64,000 nt of DNA, from assembly GCA_963709585.1 (NCBI GenBank), contig CAVPXI010000004.1:160001-224000 (forward strand), read 5' to 3'. This DNA comes from Candidatus Dormiibacterota bacterium (GTDB lineage: Bacteria > Chloroflexota > Dormibacteria > Aeolococcales > Aeolococcaceae). The notes beneath the pieces are model-generated. The model saw nothing but the letters and a program-made list of their open reading frames with translations. It had not been told where the DNA came from and made no database searches. A program made the translations under genes and the position numbers. How positions within the stretch are numbered: the stretch's first letter is position 1; each line of letters begins with the position of its first letter. Positions 1 to 10,496 of the stretch are shown here, in pieces.

Positions 1-2
1 CC

Positions 3-1790
3 GTGCAGCCGGCGGGGCCGGGAGTGGCGCTGCAGCCCGTGATCGACCTCATCGACCGCGTCGATCTGGGGTACGAGGCGCTGCCTCGGCCTGCGAACAC
101 AGCGCCTCGCTCGGTGATCGCCGCTGCCCTGACGCTCGCCCAGCACACCGGTCCGGCGGTGCTCCTCGTCCCGCTTCACCGAGACCTGCTGACGGCGGGC
201 GATTTCGACGTCGCGGCGATGGCACGGCGGCACCTTGTCAATCCCGGCGAGCTCGCCTGGATCATCCACAGTGAGATCGACACCGACCTCGAGGACGACG
301 GCGTTCGGCGGCTCCTGCAGCTCCGTGACCTCGGATATCTGCTCGCCGTCGACGGTGTTCTCTCCCCAGCGCTCGATCGGCGCCTGATCGCCGATCTCAG
401 ACCCGACTTCGTCTTTCTCGATCCGTCCGTCCCCGAACGGCTGCACGAGAACGAGGTGGCCAAGGCGCATCTCGCCGCCGCGGTGGTCTACGTCGCCCGC
501 CTCGGCGGCCGGATCGTCGCGCGCGGCATCGATACCAAGGCGACCGCAGCCGCTCTTGCCGAGCTGGGCGTCCAGTACGGCGTCGGGCCCCACCTGGCAC
601 ATCCACTCGTCGTGGAGGCCGAGCTCGCCGAACCCATGGACGAGGTGGTCCCGGTCGCCTGGTTCCAGCGGCGCGAAGTCCGCGTCTTCCGAGAGCGCGG
701 CGACACGCTGAGCGCCCCGATCGAGCTGACCCCACTGCCGGCGGAGGGCGCGTCGGTCCTCGACGACCGCGGCTTTGCCCGCTTCCTCGTCGACGCTGCC
801 CGCACCCTGCAGGCCGAGCACGACCCCGAGCGCATTCTCGAGATCGCCGCTGATCGCGTCGGCCAGTTGATGGGATTCGACCGCCTGGCGATCTTCGAGG
901 CGGACTGGGAGCGTCATCGCTTCCGGCCACGCGTCCTCGCCGGTGCCGGAACCCAGGGGTTCCTCGAGATCGAGGTTTCCCTCAACGAGGGAATCACCGG
1001 ATGGGCGTTCATGCGCGGTCAGCCGTATCGGTGCGCCGACACGGATTCGCACCCGGCGGCGTCCACGATCCCCGGCACGCTGCGCGAACCCAAGTCTCTG
1101 CTCCTGGTTCCGTTGATCGCGGGTGACCAGCGCCTCGGTGTGATCGACGTCTGGCGCGACGGCCTCGACGCCTTCACCGAGGAGGACCTGGAGCGATGCG
1201 CGCTGCTCGGTTTCGTCACGGCCGCGGCGTGGAGCAACGCTCAGATGTACGGCGAACTGGAGCGGCGCGCCCTGACCGATGCGCTGACCGGGCTCTTCAA
1301 CATCCGCTGGTGGCGAGACATGGGTCCGCGCGTGATGTCGCAGAGCCTGCGCACCGGCGCCGGCGTTGGCATCCTCCTGATGGACCTCGACTATTTCAAG
1401 CAGATCAACGACAGCGCGGGTCACGCGGCGGGAGACTCGGTCTTGCGCGCGGTCGCGCGCGCCGTGCGCCGCGTGGTTCGGGACAGCGACTACGCGGTGC
1501 GCTACGGCGGCGAGGAATTCCTCATCGTGCTCACCAATTCGACAGTCGAGGGCGCCATGCGTGTGGCCCAGGCACTGCAGGCGGCGATCGCCGAGCTGCG
1601 CGCGCCGACCTCCGAAATCGAGCGCGTCACGGCGTCGATCGGGGTCGCCGTGTTCCCAGATCACGGACAGGAGCTGGACGACGTGGTTGCGGCTGCGGAT
1701 CTCGCTATGTACCAGGCGAAGCGAGAGGGGCGCGATCGGATCGCCGTCGCGCCGATATCGCTTCGCGAGCTGGCGGGCCCGGAGGGCTAA
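3..1790 (+). CDS. Degenerate EAL + GAF + GGDEF diguanylate cyclase (5' end may lie outside the window)
   Basis: N-terminal LQPVIDL..GYEALPR (EAL-like); central GAF (EGITGWAF..LLLVPL..LGVIDV); C-terminal TDALTGLFN, DLDYFKQINDSAGHAAGD, RDSD I-site and RYGGEEF. Confidence 0.9.
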   Translation: MQPAGPGVALQPVIDLIDRVDLGYEALPRPANTAPRSVIAAALTLAQHTGPAVLLVPLHRDLLTAGDFDVAAMARRHLVNPGELAWIIHSEIDTDLEDDGVRRLLQLRDLGYLLAVDGVLSPALDRRLIADLRPDFVFLDPSVPERLHENEVAKAHLAAAVVYVARLGGRIVARGIDTKATAAALAELGVQYGVGPHLAHPLVVEAELAEPMDEVVPVAWFQRREVRVFRERGDTLSAPIELTPLPAEGASVLDDRGFARFLVDAARTLQAEHDPERILEIAADRVGQLMGFDRLAIFEADWERHRFRPRVLAGAGTQGFLEIEVSLNEGITGWAFMRGQPYRCADTDSHPAASTIPGTLREPKSLLLVPLIAGDQRLGVIDVWRDGLDAFTEEDLERCALLGFVTAAAWSNAQMYGELERRALTDALTGLFNIRWWRDMGPRVMSQSLRTGAGVGILLMDLDYFKQINDSAGHAAGDSVLRAVARAVRRVVRDSDYAVRYGGEEFLIVLTNSTVEGAMRVAQALQAAIAELRAPTSEIERVTASIGVAVFPDHGQELDDVVAAADLAMYQAKREGRDRIAVAPISLRELAGPEG

Positions 1791-1804
1791 GCTCCAGCAT
1801 CGTC

Positions 1805-2584
1805 ATGGATCTTCGCCGATTCCCCGTTACCCAACGAACGCTCCTGTTGCGCAAGGTGCCGGAGGTGACGGCGGGCTTCTGGGTCACCAAGGTGCTGAGC
1901 ACCGGGATGGGTGAGGCGACCTCGGATACGCTCGTTCGTGCGATTTCCCCGTACGTCGCGGTCGCCCTGGGCGCTGTCGGATTCGTCGTCGCGCTGGCGC
2001 TGCAGTTTGCGGCGCCGCGGTATCGACCCTGGATCTACTGGCTGGCGGTCGTCATGGTCGCGGTGTTCGGCACGATGGCCGCCGATGTCGTGCACATCGA
2101 GTTTGGCGTTCCGTATGTGGTCTCGACCGTCTTCTTCGCGGTCGTGCTCGCCGCGGTGTTCGCGGTCTGGTACTCGAACGAGCACACCCTCTCCATCCAT
2201 ACGATCAACACTCGGCGGCGCGAGGCCTTCTACTGGCTCACGGTGGTGACCACCTTCGCCCTCGGCACCGCGGCCGGAGACATGACCGCGACGACCTTCC
2301 ACCTCGGCTTCTTCGCCTCCGGCCTGCTGTTCACGGCCCTGATCGCGATTCCGCTCGTCGCACACAAGTGGTTCGGCTTGAATGCGGTCTTCGCCTTCTG
2401 GTTCGCATACATCCTCACCCGGCCGCTGGGCGCCTCATACGCGGACTGGGTCGGCGTTTCACACGCTCGAAGCGGCCTGAACTGGGGCTCCGGGATCGTC
2501 AGCCTCGGCATGACCGTGCTGATCGTCATCGCCGTCGGCGTTCTTGCGGCCACCCGTCAGGGCGATCCGGCCGAACAGCCGTAG
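1805..2584 (+). CDS. COG4705/DUF347-repeat membrane-anchored protein
   Basis: KVPEVTAGFWVTKVLSTGMGEATSD, FALGTAAGD, FWFAYILTRPLGASYAD; multiple TM helices; ATG at 1805 in the 1196..2584 frame. Confidence 0.8.
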   Translation: MDLRRFPVTQRTLLLRKVPEVTAGFWVTKVLSTGMGEATSDTLVRAISPYVAVALGAVGFVVALALQFAAPRYRPWIYWLAVVMVAVFGTMAADVVHIEFGVPYVVSTVFFAVVLAAVFAVWYSNEHTLSIHTINTRRREAFYWLTVVTTFALGTAAGDMTATTFHLGFFASGLLFTALIAIPLVAHKWFGLNAVFAFWFAYILTRPLGASYADWVGVSHARSGLNWGSGIVSLGMTVLIVIAVGVLAATRQGDPAEQP

Positions 2585-2596
2585 CTCAGGCGAGGC

Positions 2597-3389
2597 TCAG
2601 AGGCCGGGAAAGACGTCCCTGAGCGTGTCCAGGCCGACCCCGTCAACCTCGATCGCTGCCGGGGTGTGCTCCGGATCCAGCCTGCCGTACACGAGCCGCA
2701 CCAGCGCCGCCGCCGGCATCCGAACCTTCGCGGTCGCGGGACCGGTTTCCGCGGCGCTCGCCATGCCGGCGGGGGTGAGCGTCACCGCGTCGGACACCGA
2801 GAGGCGAAAGGTGCGGTCGGGGTCGGTGGTGGTGATGTCGACCTCGAGCGGCCCGTACTCCGGCTTCCCCGATCGACCTGCAACCTGGTCGAGGCGGCCG
2901 ATCATCGAAGCGACCGCATCCGCTGCGACCTCGGCCGACGGGTCGCGGATGACGACGACGTCCCACGTGTGGATCGCGTGCTCGGAGAGGCGCATGCCCA
3001 GAAGCCGGTTCGCGTCGGCCAGGCGTTCCGAACAGGGTCATCTGCAGCGAATCGAGTTGAGCTCCCGGGACCGCATCGACCCGCTGCAGGAAGGCGGAGT
3101 CAGCGATGAGGCTGTTGCGCGCCTGCTCGGTCGGGCTCATCGCGTTCCAGACGTCCCAGATCCTGGCGAACTCCTCGCGGCCTGGCGCCTCGGCGCCGGC
3201 AAGTCCGGCGTCGAGGAGCAATCCGAAAATCTGCGCACCACTCCCGATGTGCGACAGCACCTGTGCCGTCGACCAGTCACTGCAGTACGAGGGTCCGGAG
3301 ATTTGATCGTCCGTCAGCGGACGGGTGGCGTCATCCAGCCGGTGGTGCGACGCCCACAGCACGGCCAGCAGCTCGGTGTTGGTGCTCAT
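2597..3389 (-). CDS. Maleylpyruvate isomerase-family (MDMPI, DinB superfamily) protein, frameshifted near 3020
   Basis: N-half PSYCSDWSTAQVLSHIGSG and C-half RLSEHAIHTWDV..ALVRLVYGRL lie in different frames; GGAAAAGGA RBS before the ATG. Confidence 0.8.
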
Positions 3390-3400
3390 GTCCTTTTCCC

Positions 3401-5665
3401 TCAACGCGACGCGGTTGTCTGCAATGGTGGCGCCGGTTCCGGGGGGCTCGCGGCGAGCACTCGGGACGGCTCTCCCTGACGCCACAGTCCGGACGGCCAC
3501 CAGTTCCTACGTCCCAGGAGCACAACGATCGCGGGAACCAGAATGGTGCGAACCACGAAGGTGTCCATCACCACCCCGAAGGCAACACCGTAGCCGATCT
3601 GCTGAATCTGCGAGCCTCCCGACGCGCCCCCGCCCGCGAAGGCGAGCACCGCGAAGGTCCCGCCGAGGATGAGCCCGGCGGTGGTGACCGTGGTACCGGT
3701 GGCGCCAATCGCCTTGCGCACCGCGTCACGCGTGCTCAGGTGATGCAACTCCTCGCGAATGCGGGTCATGACGAGCACGTTGTAGTCGGACCCCAGCGCC
3801 ATGAGAAAGACGAACATCAGGAACGGGAGCACGAAGTTGAGCCCGCTCTGACCGCCGAGGTGGACGAAGATCAACGCTGTCAACCCGAGCGCAGCGAGGT
3901 AGGAGAGCAGGACGCTCGTGACCAGGTAGAGCGGCGCCACCAGGCTGCGCATCACGATCGCGAGCAGGATGGCGATGAGCACCGCGACCACGGGAATGAT
4001 GTGCCACAGGTCCGACGAGGACAGCTTGTCCACGTCGTACGCGAACGGCTGAATGCCGAAGACACCCTGCGCATCCGCGTGGACCGCCGCGCCGGAACGC
4101 TCGGCGAGAGTCCGCAGCGCCGGAACCTGGCTGATCGGCGGCGACGCACCGCCTGGCTCGACGCCGATGTACTGGACGGTGCGTCCGTCGGCGCTGACGA
4201 ACCGGGCGAGCGCCGCCGTCGCGAGCGTGTTGCCGCCGACGTGCACCGCCACGAGCTGCGCCGGGGTCAGCGCGTGTCCCGAGAATGCCAGCGGCCCTTC
4301 GACGGTGGCGAAGGAGGCGCCCGTCTGCAAGCTCGTCTGGATCGTCTGGAGATCGTCGGCGTGCGACCAGATCGGGGTGGCGAACTTGAAGAGGAATTCA
4401 GTCGCATTCAGATTTGCGCTCCCGTAGTGCTCGGCGACGAGCGTGTCGCCGGCGGCGGAATCGGTCCCGGTCGGCGCGGACTGATCCGCGAAACCGGCCG
4501 TGGTGGTGCCGATCTGCCCGAGGGCGATCGCGCCGAAGATGATCGCGCCGATGATCGCGATCGGCATCGGACGTCGAACCACAACCGCGGCGATGCGCCC
4601 GTAGACGTTCGCACGCGGGTTCTCCACGAGCCGGGACCGTGACGGCCAGAACACGGCGCGACCGAAGATCGCCAGCAGACCCGGGAGCAGCGTGAGGCCC
4701 GCGATGAGCATGAGCCCGATGCCGATGGCAAGCCCTGGGCCGAGCGCCTGGTAGAAGCTGAACTGGGCGATGATCAACGACATCAGCGCGGCCATCACAA
4801 TCAGCGCGCTGAAAGTGATCAACTCCCCGACCGTCGCCACCGCGCGCCGCACGGCGTCCTTGGGTTCGAGCCCTCGTCGCAATTCCTCTCGCGTTCGGAA
4901 GACGAGGAACAGCCCGTAGTCGGTTCCGGCGCCGAGTACCAGGACGATCAGGATGAACTGCGTGATCGCCGACACCTGCACACCGAGATGGGTCGCGCCG
5001 GCGATGACCGGGCTGGCAAGCGCGAGCACCAGTGCCGCGGGCAAGAGCGTCACCAGCGGCGCCAGCAGGGCTCGGAACGCGATGAGCAGCAGCACGATGA
5101 TGAACAGGATCGAGAACTGCTGGATATTCCCCTGCGAGCTCTTCGACTGACTCTGCTGATCGACCAGACCAGGGATCGTCCCGGTCAGATGGAACTGGAG
5201 TCCCGATGCGTCAGCGGGAAACGTCGCTCGGATGGCCGCCACCAGCGATATCGCGTCGCTCCCGGCGCCGAAGGGCGGCAGGTCGGTGACCACCTGGGCC
5301 TGCTCGGCGTGCTTGTCCGGCGAGAGGCCGAAGTCCTGGACGCGAAGGACGCCGGGGAGCCGGCGGATCTTCGTCTCGATGGCGCTGATGCCCTGCACAT
5401 CCGCGGCGTTCAGCGGACCGCTCTCGCGCGCGGCGATCAGGGTCGCGACCCCGTGCTGCAAGTCCTGGAACGGCTGCGCCAGGTTCTCAGCCTGGACAGA
5501 CGGTGAGCTGGCGGGGAGAAAGCTGCTCTGGTTCCCCTTGGCGACGTCTGACAACCCGGGGAACACCTTGACCGAGACGATTGTGATCAGCACCCACCCG
5601 ATTACGATCGGCCAGCGGAATCGGACCGAGAAGTTCCCGATCGAGGCGAAGACCCGACCGGTCAC
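3401..5665 (-). CDS. MMPL family (RND superfamily) transporter
   Basis: 754 aa with two halves carrying GAGTDYGLFL and ALGSDYNVL motifs and ~12 TM helices. Confidence 0.93.
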   Translation of the reverse strand: MTGRVFASIGNFSVRFRWPIVIGWVLITIVSVKVFPGLSDVAKGNQSSFLPASSPSVQAENLAQPFQDLQHGVATLIAARESGPLNAADVQGISAIETKIRRLPGVLRVQDFGLSPDKHAEQAQVVTDLPPFGAGSDAISLVAAIRATFPADASGLQFHLTGTIPGLVDQQSQSKSSQGNIQQFSILFIIVLLLIAFRALLAPLVTLLPAALVLALASPVIAGATHLGVQVSAITQFILIVLVLGAGTDYGLFLVFRTREELRRGLEPKDAVRRAVATVGELITFSALIVMAALMSLIIAQFSFYQALGPGLAIGIGLMLIAGLTLLPGLLAIFGRAVFWPSRSRLVENPRANVYGRIAAVVVRRPMPIAIIGAIIFGAIALGQIGTTTAGFADQSAPTGTDSAAGDTLVAEHYGSANLNATEFLFKFATPIWSHADDLQTIQTSLQTGASFATVEGPLAFSGHALTPAQLVAVHVGGNTLATAALARFVSADGRTVQYIGVEPGGASPPISQVPALRTLAERSGAAVHADAQGVFGIQPFAYDVDKLSSSDLWHIIPVVAVLIAILLAIVMRSLVAPLYLVTSVLLSYLAALGLTALIFVHLGGQSGLNFVLPFLMFVFLMALGSDYNVLVMTRIREELHHLSTRDAVRKAIGATGTTVTTAGLILGGTFAVLAFAGGGASGGSQIQQIGYGVAFGVVMDTFVVRTILVPAIVVLLGRRNWWPSGLWRQGEPSRVLAASPPEPAPPLQTTASR

Positions 5666-5804
5666 GCCCCCTCCCGCTTGGGCACGGCGGGCGCCATGGT
5701 GGGGAGGGAGAGGTCAGCCATCGGGTCGAGTATGGGTGCGCCGCGTTCCTTCATGGCACGGATAATACAGTGCATGAAGCTTTTTGCGGCATTCGGCGCC
5801 CGAA

Positions 5805-7208
5805 TCAGGAGTCGAAGCCGAGCCCCACGAGGTCAAGTGCTCTGAGCCAGAGATTGCGGTGCCCGTCGTTGCGGTCGGCGCGATCGAGCGACCAGCGTGT
5901 CAGCTGCACGACGCCGAAGCGCAGCGGTTCCGGAGGAAACGGCAGCGGGCGGGTTCGGACCATGCGCAGTGCTGTCCGCTCGGTTCGTCTCCCCTCGAGC
6001 AGGTCGAGCATCACCTGAGCACCGAAACGAGACGCGCCCACCCCGAGCCCGGTGTATCCGAGCGCAGAGGCGACGCGCCCGCCGTGGCTGGTTCCCCAGA
6101 AGGCACAGAAGCGGCTGCACGTATCGATGGCGCCGCCCCAACGATGCGTGAACCGCAGTCCCGCGAGCTGCGGGAACGTCACGAAGAAGTGCGCGGCCAG
6201 CTTGTCGAACGTATTCGCCCGCTGTTCGAGCTCGACGCCGATGCGATTCCCGAAGTGGTAGACGGCGTCGTAGCCTCCCCACAGAATTCGTGAGCCGCGG
6301 GTCAGTCGGTAATAGTGGAATTGATTCCCAGCGTCAGCAATACCCTGGCGATTCGCCCATCCGATCGACGTCAGTTGTGCGGCGGTCAGCGGCTCGGTGA
6401 CGAGCACGTAGTCGTAGACGGGGAGGATATAGGGGCGCAGGCGGGGCAGCAGCGGCCGATCGGCGTTGGTTGCGAGCGCCACGCGCCGGGCTCGGACGCT
6501 GCCCCGAGCGGTTGTCAGTCGAATCCGCTCCGTCTCGGCATCGATGCGCGCAACAGCGGTGTTCTCATGGAGGCGTACGCCGGCGTCGAGGCACAGCAGG
6601 CGCAGCCCCCACGCCAGCTTCGCGGGGTTGACGATGGCGGTCCGGTCGTGGGTCCACAATCCGCCCTGATACGAGGGCGAGGCCACCTGCGTGCGCATCG
6701 CCTCGGCGTCGAGCGCATCAACGCGGTAGCCATGGGCGCGCATCGCTTCGGCGACCTCGACGAGCTCGGTGTATTGCCACGGCGCCGTCGCCACATCGAG
6801 CATGCCGGTTCGCTCGAAGTCGCAGTCGATATCGTGTTCGCGAACCGTCGACGCGATGGCATCGAGATTCTCGACGCCGAGCCGCTCGAGGATCTCGAAC
6901 TCCGAGGAGAACCTGCTGAGACCATTGGCAAAACCATGCGTGAGGCTCGCATCGCAGAACCCGCCGTTACGGCCGGAGGCGGCCATCGCGGAGCGTCGCG
7001 CCTCGAGGATGACGACGTCGAGGGCCGGATTCCGCTGCTTGGCGAGCAACGCGGACCACAGGCCGGTGAAGCCCGCGCCGACGATCGCGAGATCACCGTC
7101 GGTGTGCCCTTCAAGGTGCGGTTCCGGTCGCGGTGCTCGAGGGTCGTCGAGCCAGAACACGGCCGGGGCGGCATCGCGGAGGGAGGGATGGCGTGGCACC
7201 TCGGACAC
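5805..7208 (-). CDS. FAD-dependent oxidoreductase (DadA/PuuB-like)
   Basis: AIVGAGFTGLWSA, ASGRNGGF, GYTGLGVGASRFGA; GTG start at 7208. Confidence 0.88.
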   Translation of the reverse strand: MSEVPRHPSLRDAAPAVFWLDDPRAPRPEPHLEGHTDGDLAIVGAGFTGLWSALLAKQRNPALDVVILEARRSAMAASGRNGGFCDASLTHGFANGLSRFSSEFEILERLGVENLDAIASTVREHDIDCDFERTGMLDVATAPWQYTELVEVAEAMRAHGYRVDALDAEAMRTQVASPSYQGGLWTHDRTAIVNPAKLAWGLRLLCLDAGVRLHENTAVARIDAETERIRLTTARGSVRARRVALATNADRPLLPRLRPYILPVYDYVLVTEPLTAAQLTSIGWANRQGIADAGNQFHYYRLTRGSRILWGGYDAVYHFGNRIGVELEQRANTFDKLAAHFFVTFPQLAGLRFTHRWGGAIDTCSRFCAFWGTSHGGRVASALGYTGLGVGASRFGAQVMLDLLEGRRTERTALRMVRTRPLPFPPEPLRFGVVQLTRWSLDRADRNDGHRNLWLRALDLVGLGFDS

Positions 7209-7219
7209 GCGCGCGCTGC

Positions 7220-8732
7220 CTATCCGCGTGCCGCCGCGGCCAGCGCCGAGTTCTTCACCATGATCACCGCGAATCCGTCGTCGTATTCCTTCGTCCATTG
7301 GGGGTCCACTTCGAGCGCGAGCACCGCGGGCGCGCCGGGTACGTCGATGACGTAGTCGATGCCCCACTCCGCAAAGATCTGCTGCCAGTCGGCGTTGCCG
7401 GTCTCGACGTCACTCACCTGCTGCATGATCCGGGTGCCGAGCAGCGTCGCCTCGCCGAACGAGAAGACGCGCCGGTTCGGCTCGGGATAAAAGCGGTAGA
7501 TCAGGTATCCGCCCCAGCCGTATTGATTGAACATGCGGGTTCCAACGGTCGGGTGCGCGGCCAGCCAATCCGCCGCGCCTGCAGGGAAGTTGGTCGCGGT
7601 GGCACGTGTTTGATTGGAGAGTGTCGAGCGCACGAAGTACCCGGTTCCGAGCACCGCGATGACCACGACCGCGGCGGCGCCGGCGAGCATGTCGCGGGCA
7701 CGCGGCGCAATCCAGGCGCGGACTCGGCCTGCCAGCGCCAATCGCTCCCATCCCGCCGAGAAAGACCATATGAGCAAAGGCGTTTCCGCGGCGATGAACA
7801 GGGCGGCGTGGCGCACCGCCGACAGCGCCAGGTACGAGACGACCAGAAGTCAGGCAGACGTCCCACAACGATGGGCGCCGGAGCACGAACGCGACTGGGA
7901 GCAGCAGCAGCATCACCTCGAAGCCGCGCTCCTCGAGCACGTGGAAATTGGGCGACTGCCACTCGGCGATGAAGCTCTGCTGGATGCCGGAGAACTGCGG
8001 TTGGATGACGTAGCCGTAAAGGTGGATGCCGTTGGGAGTGATGACCGCCGCGACGGTGCACGCGACGAACACAAGCACCAGGTTCCGCGTGCGGCGCCTG
8101 TGGACGCCACCGTCAACTCTGCGCACCCAGTGCACCGCCTCGACGAAGGCTGCGACGCCAACCGGAACCAGGCCGAAGATAAACCCGCCGTGGAGATTGG
8201 CCCATGCGACCATCACCAGCGGGAGCCAGTAGATCGCGCGCGAGCCACCGCGCAGGTAGCGGTCGAGCCACAGCAACTCGAGGCAGGTGAGCGTGAAGGT
8301 GATCATCTGGGGGCGCGGTCCCCAGACCGCCGCGCCGGCCAACCCCGCGATGCCGATCACGAGCGCGGCGATCACCAGGTTGGCGTGCTCGAGCCGGACC
8401 CGCCGCCAGATGAGCAGGAAACCGACGAACGACACCGCGCCGAACGCGACTGACACCAGCGTGAGTCCACCAAGCTTGTAGATGAGGTAGGCGATGATCT
8501 CGGTCGTGTACTCGGGGTCGATCCACTGCTTGCCGCTCACGGTGAACGTGAAGAGGTCCTGCGAGACAATCCGGTGGTGATCGACCATCCACTGGCCGGT
8601 GGCGAGGTGCCAGAAGATGTCCGGATCACCGCCCCTGCGGACGAGCACGCAGAGGATCACCACGAACGCGGCGGCGACGAGGAGCTGTCCGGGCGTGATG
8701 CGGCGTAGGCGACGAGCCAGGGCTTCGGACAT
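7220..8732 (-). CDS. Polytopic membrane protein, GT-C glycosyltransferase-like, frameshifted near 7845
   Basis: DPDIFWHLATGQWM, PRPQMITF, WANLHGGF, IAEWQSPNF; the C-terminal soluble part (MFNQYGWGGYLIY, GIDYVI) is in the second frame. Confidence 0.72.
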
Positions 8733-8860
8733 CACGCCGAAGGGTACTCAGTGCCAGGGATGGTGCGACCGAGAGCCTCATGTGTCACAAATCGGGGAGC
8801 TGCGGTGCTTCAGATGATGTGGTCGAGTCTTCCGCCCTTCAAGCTCTGGGCAGCCACACC

Positions 8861-9391
8861 GTGACCGGCGTCCCGCGTCCTACGACTGCCGTCGGCATCA
8901 GACCGACGAGCTTCGACAGGCTCTTCGACGAGGAGTACGCGAGGGTTGTCGCGATCGCGCGCCGCGTGCTCGGCGATCCCGTCGCGGCGGAAGACGTTGC
9001 CCAGGAGGTCTTCCTCGACCTTCACCGGCGATTCGGCGACACCCCGGGGGCCAAGGCGCCGGCATGGGCTCGGACCGCCGCCGCCCACACGGCCCTGAAC
9101 ATGATCCGGGGCAACCGGCGCCGGGCCGTGCGCGAGGAGCGGTATGCCACCGCACCCAGCCTCGCAAACGACCCGCAGGTGGCGATGGAGACGGCCGAGA
9201 CCACCCGGGCGGTGCGCGCCGCGCTTGGACGCATCCCGAAGCGACAGGCCACGGTGCTCGCCCTGCGGTACAGCGGTCTGAGCTATGCGGAGATGGCGTC
9301 GGCGCTCGGAATCGGGGTGAACGCGGTGGGAACGAGACTGCGGCGCGCCGAGGCGCGCCTTCGCAAGGAGGTTGGTGATGCACCCGTCTGA
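8861..9391 (+). CDS. ECF RNA polymerase sigma factor (start uncertain: 8819 or 8861)
   Basis: Region 2 AAEDVAQEVFLDL; region 4 LRYSGLSYAEMASALGIGVNAVGTRLRRA. Confidence 0.9.
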   Translation: MTGVPRPTTAVGIRPTSFDRLFDEEYARVVAIARRVLGDPVAAEDVAQEVFLDLHRRFGDTPGAKAPAWARTAAAHTALNMIRGNRRRAVREERYATAPSLANDPQVAMETAETTRAVRAALGRIPKRQATVLALRYSGLSYAEMASALGIGVNAVGTRLRRAEARLRKEVGDAPV

Positions 9392-10496
9392 CGGCACCCT
9401 GCGCCGCACACTCGACGAACCCGACGCCGTCGACGCCGCGAATCGCAAGCACGTGGCGGCGTGTGCTCACTGCGCGGCACGGGTTCAGCGCATGAGCGCG
9501 GACGCCGGATGGGTCCAGGCGATGCTGCCGGCCCATGACCCGGCCGTCGACGTGCCCGGGGCCCGCGCCCGGCTCCTGCGCACCGAGGCTGCCGCCGCGG
9601 ACGGGGTCGTGACGCGGCCGCACGCGGGACCGCTGCGCACCGCGAACAGACGAGCGAGCCGGGTGGTGGCTGGAGTCGGCATCGCCGCCGTCGCCAGCGC
9701 GCTGCTCGTGGTCACCGGAGGAGCCCAGGACTTCCTCAGCCTTTTCCAGCCATCGCAGCTCGCCGCCGTCCCGGTCACGGCCGCGGACGTCCGCTCCCTC
9801 GCGGGACTCACGAGCTATGGGACGGTCAGCGGCGGGTCGTCGATCGCCTTCCAACCCGAGCCGGATGCTGCGGCCGCGGGTGCCGCGGCCGGCCTCGGCG
9901 CACCGTTGGTGACGGATCTGCCGGCGGGGGCGCCCACGGCGCCGACGTACGCCGTTGTCTCGGGCGGTGTCATTGCCTTCACCTTCAACGCGGCGCTTGC
10001 CCGGGCGGCCGCCGCGCGCGCGGGCGGCCAGCTGCCAAGCATGCCCGCGGGGCTGGACGGCAGCACGCTGTCCGTGTCGATCGCGCCCGCGGTGGTCGTC
10101 TCCTACGGTGTCGATCCCGCCACGCTGCTCCAGGGTGGCAGCGTGCCCAGCGGCGAGGCGTTCGTCGTCGTCGCGTCGCGAACGCCGACCGTCATGTCGA
10201 CGGGTGTCACCGCTCGGCAGCTCGAGGACTATCTGCTCTCCGTACCCGGCATTCCCGCCGGGGTCGCATCGGAGATCCACGCGATCGGTGATCCCACCCA
10301 GACCATCCCCGTGCCCATCCCCGTCAACCTCGCGAGCGGCTCGGCGGTCACCATCAACGGCGCGCGCGAACTCCTGATCGGCGACTCGACGGGGCTCGGC
10401 AGCGCCGTGATCTGGCAACACAATGGCGTCGTGTATGCGATCGCCGGAACGCTGACCTCGACCCAGGTGCTCGGCGTCGCCCGTTCGACGCGTTGA
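9378..10496 (+). CDS. Zinc-finger (ZAS) membrane anti-sigma factor
   Basis: HVAACAHC (HxxxCxxC), one TM helix, extracytoplasmic domain ending VIWQHNGVVYAIAG; overlaps the sigma stop codon. Confidence 0.82.
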   Translation: MHPSDGTLRRTLDEPDAVDAANRKHVAACAHCAARVQRMSADAGWVQAMLPAHDPAVDVPGARARLLRTEAAAADGVVTRPHAGPLRTANRRASRVVAGVGIAAVASALLVVTGGAQDFLSLFQPSQLAAVPVTAADVRSLAGLTSYGTVSGGSSIAFQPEPDAAAAGAAAGLGAPLVTDLPAGAPTAPTYAVVSGGVIAFTFNAALARAAAARAGGQLPSMPAGLDGSTLSVSIAPAVVVSYGVDPATLLQGGSVPSGEAFVVVASRTPTVMSTGVTARQLEDYLLSVPGIPAGVASEIHAIGDPTQTIPVPIPVNLASGSAVTINGARELLIGDSTGLGSAVIWQHNGVVYAIAGTLTSTQVLGVARSTR

